Assembly (NCBI GenBank): GCA_963924565.1 | Contig: OZ004608.1 | Location: 9,238,001 to 9,302,000, forward strand | From: Ascidiella aspersa | Taxonomy: Eukaryota | Direction of reading: 5' to 3' | Length of the DNA stretch: 64,000 nt | Part shown: positions 38,680 through 48,957 of the stretch, piece by piece | How positions within the stretch are numbered: position 1 is the stretch's first letter | Layout: each line of letters opens with the position of its first letter | Made by a program: the position numbers and the translations under genes | Notes under the pieces: generated by a model | What the model was told of the DNA's origin: nothing | Databases searched by the model: none | What the model saw: the letters and a program-made list of their open reading frames with translations, nothing else

Positions 38680-39753
38680 CAACACTGTTTTGAACTTTAC
38701 CTAAAAATCCACAATAATGCAAGTCCTAGAAATTATTATACAGAACTTCTGAATCTGTTTGTTATTAATGAGCAACTGCAGGGCTAAAGATGAATACGTA
38801 CCTACACAACTACTTAAGTTTGTCGTTAATTAATTACCTGACTTTCTCTAATAATTACAATGTAAAAACAGTATTCACTTGGCTATTAAAGTAAAATGCA
38901 GGCAAAAAAGCATGACATGTAGGGCCACCTACACCTAAACACAACCAAGCCCTTGATCGCAGGTTGCAAGTCAAGCGATAAACCGCAGTCAACTGTTTTT
39001 ATATCTTCACACGCTCGCGGCATTCTTGACCATAACACAATTACTCTTGCCTGCGACCTAGCGGATTTTATTGTAACATGTAGGACTACGATGCTAACTG
39101 GCAGTATTAATTTGATATCTTAATTCTTAAGAATTCCTTGTTTTCCAATTCGACGTAGGTAGCGCCGGGTAAACAGAACATGTGTGTTAGGAAATAAAAA
39201 GCAAGTGCGGAATGTCGCTTTTATGAGAGAAACTGCAATGATTTGCTCACCAGTCACGACCTGTGTCCGACACCAAGTCAATTTTGATCGCTTATATTTT
39301 GTGACAATAATTATTGAGATTTAAGTTTTTAGGTAAATTAAATACTAATCAATCGTTGATGTTAGCTATACAAGAAAGATTTTTGGGTTGAAATACAGGA
39401 AACACGAGAAATGTTTAAATCTATTTGAGTAGTATCTGATTGTCACACTTCACTGGTGTTGTTAACTTCATAGAATAGTACATACAGAAAAATCGCTGAA
39501 AAGCTATTTTTAGGCCTGTGAGGCGTCTGCATTTAAAATTTCTAAATATCGGATTAAATCGTAGTTAGGTATGTCAGATACTTGTTGTTTATATATCTAT
39601 AGGCCTACTTTATGTTTCGAGTATTTGGATAAAAATTACTGCGATCTGATCTAATGCCAATAATCATGTCATTACTATGGTAAAAAATGCAAAATGGATG
39701 AACTTGACTGCCCAAAACTAATTTCTCGCAGGTTGTGAGACCAAATTTGCTTC

Positions 39754-39969
39754 AGCGATCAGGAGTTTAGTTACCAGCCATTATTAACCTTCTATAATTG
39801 TTCAGGTATTATATTTTCAGGATGAAAGTCACAGCGTTAGATTGCAAGCATGTCTGAAATTCCTCATTGGTATAAGCATCGGTACAGATACCAGCTTGGT
39901 ATCATACGAGTAGCGCTACTGCCAGTTAGCATCGGTTAATAATGGCTGGTAACTAAACTCCTGATCGCT
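39754..39969. repeat. Perfect 36-bp inverted repeat with a 144-bp spacer
   Basis: AGCGATCAGGAGTTTAGTTACCAGCCATTATTAACC (39754-39789) and its exact reverse complement (39934-39969). Confidence 0.92.
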
Positions 39970-40139
39970 AAAACAAATGACTTTGGTTGAAATGAAGTGC
40001 TTTCATTCAACATTTTTCGTAAATGTGTAAAACAATTAGATTGCTATATGCTGTTTTTTGTTATTTTTTTTACTTGATTTATTGCTTATATTCGGATAAG
40101 TTTACCGATTTTAATAGTTAAACGGTTTATTTTTATATC

Positions 40140-40322
40140 AATGACTTAACGTGCTGGAGTTAACTTCCTCTAACAATGACTTGACTTAGAATTCATTTGG
40201 CGAAACTGTGATTTGGACTGGGACTTGACTTATTAGCTTTGGAAAATACTTAACTTAGGTTTTGTCTACCAATGACTGGACTGGGACTTAAGTTATTTAA
40301 AAATGACTTGTTTACAACCTGA
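40140..40322. mobile_element. Fragment of the GACTT-repeat MITE family
   Basis: Repeated ATGACTTGACTT/GACTGGGACTT and a terminal AATGACTTGTTTACAAC, like 2072-2093. Confidence 0.6.
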
Positions 40323-43300
40323 TTAACTGGTAACTTGCGGTCAACTATTCCCTACCCCTATCCCTATCCATGCTCAAAAAGTATACTTTTTATTATATAT
40401 TTCCACCTTTAGTCGATTCTTTTAAACCCTAAAAAACGGTCCACGGAAACATTTTAAGTTACAAGGGTTCTTGCAAGTCTCACGGGGACACAAATGTATA
40501 TTCTTAGTGCCAGATATGCCTCGATCAAGACCTTGCCTCCAAGAGATGTGGGAATATGATTTGATTGCCACACGAATACGTCTCCTCGTTTATTGTTGAG
40601 TTGTAGAGTATGCACTGCGTTAATTCCAAGATTGTCTATTTCGCGTGTTGAAATTCACTGAAGGAAAGGGTAGCAAAATTGTCGAACGCTTCTTGGTGGT
40701 GATCTTCTCCTTTGAGGTGATCTGGATCTGGAAAAAGTATAAAGAGTACATAAAAAGAAGGAAGTATATACCAGAAGTTGTGAATTTAGTGTAGGTGATA
40801 TAACTATCGCTATAATCATAGAGGAAGACTGTAATTGCGTGTTAGTCCTACACATTTGTAGGCCCCCTTTAAACTTAAAAAAAAATATTCTAAAAAGTAC
40901 GCTACCAGGATCCCCAAATTCACTAGGCAGCACAAAGTTGTCTCGCACATGTATCCAAACAAGCCATTTAAATAATGACAGTTGTTTTCATTTGAGCGAA
41001 AGTGATAACAAAATAGACTTTTTTATGGCTATAGCGAAGGTGCGTAAAACCTCTTTACGGGGGCCAACGAAAAACTTGTTTGTAACACTAATATCAAACA
41101 AATACCGCGAAACATAGAATGTTATCCTGGCTAAAAAATGTAGATTGTAAAAAACTCTGTCTCTAGGTGGCGATAAAACGCTGGGATAGTATAACTAGAG
41201 AAGCGTTCATATATTTTGAAACAACATTTAAAAAGCTTGGTTTTTTTTAACTGTTGAGTCGGAATTGGGCGCGGCTGAAAGACTTTGAAGCGTAGATGAG
41301 ATTACATGTGCTAAAGATTTTAGTTATTAGGAGTGCAAATATTCTGGGTACACTCGTCTAATATACCAGAATTTTGCCAACTGTATTTGTCCAGCATATA
41401 GAAGGCAGGCAGAACAGCAAAACAGTTGGGCACAACGCCCCAAAGCTAGGCTTAAGCTCGAAGGTGTTCAAGAACGAATTCTCCCTCGATGCCAATTGGC
41501 AATTGGGCGACTGCTTTGCACAAACAGGGCAAATCGCGGTGGCGGCAACGACGGTTCGAAGTTGCCTTTCAACAACACGCACTGACATCATTTCCACATT
41601 GCTTCCTGCCCGCGGCCGCAAAACGAAGCGCGGCCGCAGCAGAAAACGCGATCCTTCATAAAACGTGCATTTGAGGTGTGACGGGCCGCGCCCAACATCG
41701 AGCGGCAAGCAGTGGCAGTCAGTAGACTAGCTTCTGGCTGGTTGCAAGCGGATTGCGGGCGGGTCTGCGTCGCTCGCTAAGCGGTAGCTTTGCTGCTTGA
41801 TTCTTCGCTTGTAAGATGGGCGGGGCAACTAGGCAAGATGAGCGCATTGGTCATGTCCGGAAGGATAGGAGAGCGGAAAGATAACAGCGAACTTTCAACT
41901 GCGAACAGAAAGAAAGGTTGAGGTCGAAGGTTTTAATCATACGAGTTCGCACAGCAGGAAAAGAACTGGTTTTAGCGTTTGACGTCTTGTTGTGGGTTGA
42001 CTCACATATAGACTGGTGTTTTTAATTGAAGTGAACACGGCCGCGAAGATCGATCAACGCACTTACAGAGGCAAGGCGACTGGATCGAAAAGCGCGGATA
42101 AATAGGTGCTGTATTGTCGTGTTTAGAGTACCGGCGATTAGAGGCCGTCGTGCTTTCCCTCGCTTTTCTTGCTGCTTCTCAGACATTCCGCTCGTCGACG
42201 CAACGATATTTACTAAATAGCCCCGGGGAAAACGGAACGGCCTAGCTCGACGGAGAAAACGTTTGCCGCGCCGCAGTCGTTCACCACTGGCAAAAAGTCG
42301 CTCTTTTGCTGCGGGAAGAGCCTTGTTGGGTGCTGCAACGCTAAGCGATTCGCTCGCTGGCTGCAGTTTAAGTAGAAAGGGTGTTAAAGTGAAACGGCAG
42401 CGCGAATAAATGCAATCCTAATCGGATTTGAACAGTGTAATGCTAACGCTGCGATCACGCGCCGCCGATGAGCTAATGCTGCCAAACTTGGGCGTTAGAA
42501 ATGGCTGTGCTAGGCTGGGCGGCCGACCGACTGCCAGCAGCGACAGTGATTTACCAGGAAAATGAGTGCGAAGCGACAGCTATCCGTGAAAACGTCATTT
42601 TAGGCACTGCAGCGCGCGCGGGTCCATAAATCCACAGAAAATGCGGGTTAAAGAGTATGTGCCGTTATCGCACTTGGTTAGATGGTGACAAGCGCGGCGG
42701 TTTTACAGCCGTTGGCGACTGTAGTGCCGCGTACAGCTCGAAGGAACAATAAAACAGAGTCTGTCAGCCATTCAGTAACTACTTAGGATCGGTCAATGGC
42801 GCTTCAAGAAGGAGCGAAAGTTCTCTCCGATAGCGACAGCACAGCTAGCAGCAGTGGTGAAGCCCAGCGCACCCAGAGCACGCAGTTATTAATATCATCC
42901 GGAACCCAAAAGCCTCAGGAAACGGGCGCTGTCCGTGGCTGTGTATTTGCTGCTGTATCGCCGATTTGCAGTAATTACCAGTCGACTGGGGAGTAGGTAG
43001 GCTTAAGGTCGTCGGCGCAATCTCGGGCAGCCTAGGTTGGTTTCTTTGAGAAAGCTCGCGTTTAGAGTGTGCTTTTCAGTTGCGCCAGGTCGGCGGGAAT
43101 TTATTTCAGACATGGCGGGTCCCTGGGGAGTGGTTCCGCCTCGAAAGCAGCGGCTCCGGCGCTAAAGGGCTCGCATCGCGCGTCGATCCCGGCCGCGCCA
43201 CTGAATATTTCATAAGCGAGGCGATGCGAACAGATTGTGTAATGAGGGAAATTAACGCACGTACAGCTCGCCTGGCCACTATAGTTAAGCAAGCGCACGG

Positions 43301-43886
43301 GCGTGCTGATACCTGACGCGCCACTTAAACCGCCGGCCAATCGAATTCCGGCACAGAAGGATGCGCGGCCACCACTTGAGCCCCAATGGACTCTAGAGAT
43401 AGCTGCCTTGTGGAGACGGCTGGACACAGCGCAGCGCTCGGCCATCAGAGTGTCTTGTTTCTTGTGTTTCAAAGCGCCAGGAATGCGGTCTGTTGTGCCC
43501 CGGCCCTGCGCTGGCTTTCAGCCACTCACGATTAAAGAAAGCGTTTCATGTTTTAGCATCACGCCTTGCCTAAGCGGTTCATCAAGGGTTTTTTTCTTGA
43601 GGGCATGTGCCCAAGTCAATTAGACGCACGACGTCAGGCAAGTTACAGTTTTGTTAGGGCGATAGGCTGTTTACTCTGCAACTTTAACATACACTGTATT
43701 GATTTCTGCAGGTCTATTTTATACTTTAAACTTGTTGCTGCGTTCTACGGCCATTGGATTTTAAAACAACCAAACAACAGTCTCGCAAGTCCGGAATCTA
43801 CTAAATAAATCGTCAACAAAAGGACAAAGCTCCAAAGATCAAGCAAAGATCCAAAGACTCGCCCGAAAAAAATCAAATAGATCGCA

Positions 43887-44159
43887 ATGGGTTCAATCTG
43901 CGGCAAGGAAGCAGCTAAGACGGAAGCGAAGGCAGAAAAGAAGCAAGAAGAGGAAGCAGCAGCGGCCGGAGGAGAGGGAGAACAGGCCAAGGAGGAAGCA
44001 GGAGCTGAGGCGAGCCAGGAGGCAAATGGAAAAGCGGAGACGGAACAGGAAGCAGCTCCCGAGGGCGGCGAACAACAAGAGGAGAATGCCGAAAAACTGT
44101 CGAGCGAAATTGTGAACGACGCGGTGGCTGAGGCCAACGAGGTGCAACAGGAAAGTTAG
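43887..44159 (+). CDS. 90-aa acidic microprotein; predicted N-myristoylated/palmitoylated small AKAP-like protein (smAKAP/AKAP7alpha-like architecture)
   Basis: Purine-rich coding bias, with GCAATGG start context after an A-rich leader. Candidate acceptor tttctgcag ends at 43711. T-rich 3'UTR-like sequence follows, with AATAAA at 45433. N-terminus MGSICGK; C-terminal helix AEKLSSEIVNDAVAEA. Confidence 0.8.
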   Translation: MGSICGKEAAKTEAKAEKKQEEEAAAAGGEGEQAKEEAGAEASQEANGKAETEQEAAPEGGEQQEENAEKLSSEIVNDAVAEANEVQQES

Positions 44160-45432
44160 ACTTTTTTGTCGCCGCTGCGAAAACCTATTTTTGCGAAACG
44201 AAAACCAACTATTTTCCTACCCAATTATCTTTTGCCAACATTCCCGCGAGAGGTTTACCGCATATAATACAGTCGCTATATTATTTTAATACTATTATGA
44301 TGATTATGCTACAATGACACGCTAGTGCTTTCTCTTACGTTTTTTTTAACTGTAGCGTTTTCAAGTCATTTTATTTTTTGCGGCGTCATAACGGCGGGCG
44401 AGATTTTTACCTTGTTTTCTGTCTCGTATACCGTGAAGCAGTATTTTCTCCCCATGTGTCTGTGTGGAGCCCGCGAGTCGCCTCTGTAATTCAACGGTGG
44501 AAACCAGTTCGGCGCGTGGCCCAGTCGACATTCGCACGTTTTTTAGCCTAAAGTTTTTTTTTTTCCATATTCTAATCGTGGTTGCGCCCCTAGCACTAGC
44601 CTTGCGTAGTACAAGCGTATGTCATACGAAGCAAGTCGTTCTCAATTGACGATTACTGATAGCGGCCCTTCATATTTTGCGAAAGGCTCGAGGCCCTCTT
44701 CAGCGTTGTTGTGGCGTCGAAGCTGGCTCAGCAACCGCAGTTTACCTCGCAAGCTGACTCGCGCGCCCAGCAGCCGAATTTGGTGTAGAGAAGCCGCCCG
44801 GGCGACCTCGCCCAAAAGCGATGACGTCACTCGAAAGCGGCACAATTAATTGCTTTGCGCGCGGGGCGGCGAAGCGTGACGACTGTGCTGTTCCAAACGC
44901 TGCTATACTGTTTCGGTGAAAGTGCTCGCGCTTATGCACGAATCCCGGCACCTCGAAACCGGACCAATGCGTTTTCCGGGCGCTTTTTCTTTGGCCATTG
45001 CGCGAAATGCATTGCGCCCTAGAAAAAAGAAGGTAGAGCGACTGCAAATCGTGGAGCGTGTGTGAGCATCGCGCGCTTTCCCACTTGCGAGCGTTTGGCC
45101 CAAAACGAGTTTTCGCGAGCGCGCGCAGTGTTGTGTGTGTGCGTGCGCGTGTGACGCCGAATCGCCGAATGAACGCGCGCCCTTTGTCTCTTTTTTTCAC
45201 GTGTGTTTGTCGTACCGTCATGTACTACTACTTATTACTACAACTAATAGTACTACAGCTTCCCCCGTTTACTTCTCCCGTTTGCTACAACGACATTATG
45301 TTGTGCCCCCTCCTCCTCGCGCAGATTCACCCCCCGCACTAATACTCACAAGTGTATGACGTAATAATAGTGACACCGACCGATAACGCGCGCTGTTTAG
45401 AACATTATGTGCATGTTGTTATTTTCAGAACA

Positions 45433-45438
45433 AATAAA
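45433..45438 (+). terminator. Candidate polyadenylation signal of the microprotein gene
   Basis: AATAAA followed by GT/T-rich sequence (tgtggtcttgtattttt) where the CpG-rich UTR-like stretch ends. Confidence 0.5.
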
Positions 45439-48400
45439 ATTTGACACGACAATACATAAAATATGTGGTCTTGTATTTTTTATTTAGATGCAAGTGCTGC
45501 GTAAAATAGTTAGTACAAGTTTTGTTGAGATTACACATGTTTTTGCCAATCACATCAGAGAAGATTTCTTAAATTGATTCCTTTCTTAAATTGAACTAAT
45601 GACACGTAAAAATAGCAAAGGAAGTATTCAGTCTAAGATGTAACTTACGCAAATGCATAGCACCACTTGCGCAGTAATTTTTGATTCTCATGTGCAATTG
45701 CAGAATCATCTATATCAAGATTTGGCCATAAACCTTAATAAAGTAGGAAAATAAAAAGCTATGTAATTAAAATTTGTAATTCATTCAGAAATTTACAAAC
45801 TCGAGTTGGAAATATTCATACTGGAACACTGGTCAAGGGCTACAAGAGATTATAAAGGATACGTGACTATTCGCATGCCGCGTAAAACCACGTCAATAGA
45901 GAAGGCCATTCCAACACCCACCAGCAGATTATGGCCAAGTGGTCGTATCACGTTGGCATACAACTAAACAACAAACGTACGCGTTTGTGCACGTCGCACA
46001 AAAATAACGAGAATCCAGGCCGATGGTGGACTGTATTCAAGTTTAGTAACTTTCTACCGTACGCAGTGCTTGACAGCGGGCATACTCACGCAGCAAAGAA
46101 AAGAAGACCTTATGACATGGTGACCTGCTTTCCAGCAACGGACAAAATTCCGATGCAACGGATAAGAACGAGAGTGGTGCCAAATGCCCTGGGGGCGAGC
46201 GCTGGTCGGGCTTCAATGCTTCCAATAGAAAACGTAAGCCGACACCGGCGAGCCGATATTGCCTTGGCGCTGATATACGACTGTGCTTGAAACAGGAAAT
46301 CCTGGGTGGCAGACAACAAAGCGTCGTTGGCTGTTGAACTTGTGGGTATTACGCTTGTTGAAAGCTTTTTTTCAGACAATTTTTTTGAAATTATGACTAT
46401 TATCTTGGCGCGTGAAAATCATCGGACAAATGCGTTCTGGCTTTCTTCTGGCCAAGTTTGGGGATAATAAGTCCTAACGTGACGTTGTAAAAATAAATCA
46501 CGATGTCAAGTCACGTTTCGTCCAACTAACTTGCCTTGTTTGGGCTGCTGTGGGAATACTGAATAATGTTCAAGGCGGGCTGCACAGTCAAGGTCCCTCG
46601 CCAGCTTTAATTTAGGTTAGTTTGGAGCTTGATAAATTAATTGCACAAGACATCGTTCTTGCTAAGGCATAAATCAACTTGACACTAAAAAATCAACAGT
46701 AATTTATTGCAAATCGTGTATATAGCAGTTATATACGAATCTTACGGTTAGCTTATATTTCAGATTTTTAAGATGTCCAGTGTAAAATTGTCGTCTGGTT
46801 ATTTTTTCTTTTTTTAACTATGCCAAAACTCGTTACATTTTTAATATATATTAGCTCATGTTGAGATATTTTAGCAGTATAAGCAAGCTGTGCGTCTCAT
46901 GGCATTTTGCTAACATTTAATCCTTGAATGAATGTATTTATGTTTGATTTCCGTTGCATATATTTGCATATATTTTGGCATAAAAACTTAAAAAACGGCT
47001 TGCAATCAAAACTTTTGGATAACGTTTTTTTGAAATACTAAACATAAACTGTATTTTGAACATTTCTTGCCTACATTAGCAGCGCTTCGGAGCCGAAGGG
47101 GCTACGTTATCGTTGTTGTTATCTCAATCGGCAATCTTAACCGCTTTTAAGCGGACTGATTTAACGCATAGAATTTGCAGCGTTCCGTTTCTTGCGGAGT
47201 CTTGTCGAAAAGTCGGTTGCAAGGTTGAGATTTTGATCGCAGCATGCTGTTGTTGTTGTTACTTGACTAGATCAACCCAAAAAATCACAGGGGCCCCGCG
47301 CGTTAAGGAGTTATTTTTTTCTCTGTCTAGAACATGCCCACACAATTTAGGACGATACAAAGGTCGCATTTAAACATATTTTTCGTGTACCCCACACTAA
47401 CGTTGCTACGTGAATACAAGACGATAAGAAAAAACAATGAAAAAAATGCCCCAAACGGACACCTTTTCAAACCCGAAAAACAGCCGCATGTTGTGCAGCC
47501 CTAATTAAGAAATCACCCTTTTCGCGCATACGCATTCGGGCTAGACCGCACACAGCTTGCTCTTGTTGACATTCGTTTGGTGGAAACGCTGCTTCGAAAG
47601 CTGTAAGCTGTTGCTGCCGCCGCTCATCAATCAGCCAAAGCGCCGACAACGGCAGGGACGTCCTGATAGTTGCTGATATCATTGCGTTGCGCTAAGGCAA
47701 AGTCCGTTTCGGCCTCATCCCGTCTGTGCGTCAGCTGTGTGCGCAAATTGAATTACGCGCGCGGACCAAAAAAGGTCCGGCGCCTTATGCGAACCGTATT
47801 TGACCGCGAATGAAAAACTGGTCAAGCCGTGTTAGTGATTTTTTCTTAAACGCCTGACCTAGCATGTGGATTCACATTGCAAAACAATCGGCTACACAAG
47901 AGTTTTGAAGTATTTGTTTATGTAAAACAATCAAGGATGAAATTTCGCCTACTTTGGTGCAGTATTTGAACATAAAAAGTCGCTTTGAAACAGAATGAAA
48001 CAGCCCACTGGGCTTACGTCATACCATAATATGTTTGACTTGTAAAAGAATCGCGGGATTTTAGAATTGAAACCCGTAGCACACCGTCAATAAATGCCAC
48101 ATGTTGTCAGTACTTAAATGCACAGATGTTGAAAAGGTGCACAAATTACTCACCGGTCATCTGGGAACGCGTCGCGGCGGCCATAAAACCTGTGCAGTTT
48201 ACAAGCGCAGGTCGTGTGAAAAGCCGGTTTAGAAGGCGCCGTCCTTTTGCGAACGTATAGAGTGATTTACGGTGCGACGAAAACCGGATCTGGGATACTT
48301 TGTCGGTGCGTTGTAAAAGAAAGTATTTGCCTTTGAGCTGCTTTTGACTGAATTAAATCGAAACCTATAGTATGTTTTAACTCGGAGGCCTTATTTTTTC

Positions 48401-48666
48401 AAACACCATTCATGTCTAGAAGTCCCCCTAAAAGGAAAATGCACAGGCGTTATATTAAGATATTTCTCAATTTTTTTAGTTTCATGGTCGGGTGTCATCT
48501 TACATAAACTGCCTGGTACAAAATGCAACAGAAATGTGGTTGGTTCACAAAAGTGCTTTGGCAAAGTATGTTCCATATCCAGAAATATTCCATGTATTGT
48601 TTATGTCGATTTCTCTTGGAAGTCGTAGGAATAAAAAGTAACTGCCTTTTGTACCACGCTTTAAAG

Positions 48667-48957
48667 CAGGGGTTCTTAATTATTTTTTGCTTCACGTGGA
48701 CCCCTGTAGGCAAGAAATTATTAAAAATGACGTCATAAATTGACGTCACAATCAAATAGCCTGTCAGAAATGTGCTGACGATTTAAGTAAAAAGGAGTCA
48801 CATTCAGTGGTAAAACGTTTTATTTTTAATTAAACTCTTTTTTTTAATTTGATTACTTTTTAAACGTACACTAATATTTCAATTTGGCCTTCATGGACCC
48901 CCTGGAATTAGTTCACGGACCCCCAAGGGGTCCATGGACCCAGTTTAAGAACCCCTG
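48667..48957. mobile_element. hAT-like MITE, family A; intact 291-bp copy
   Basis: TIRs CAGGGGTTCTTAA / TTAAGAACCCCTG and perfect 8-bp TSD CTTTAAAG (48659-48666, 48958-48965). Confidence 0.9.

Noticed and set aside
43745-44147. - strand S/A-rich and L/F-rich ORFs over the microprotein
   Set aside because: Antisense shadows. The + frame has the start context, UTR-like flanks and interpretable motifs.
43887-44159. Calling the microprotein GAP-43, BASP1 or MARCKS
   Set aside because: Composition is similar, but there is no IQ motif, no polybasic effector domain and no recognisable identity, so no gene symbol is assigned.
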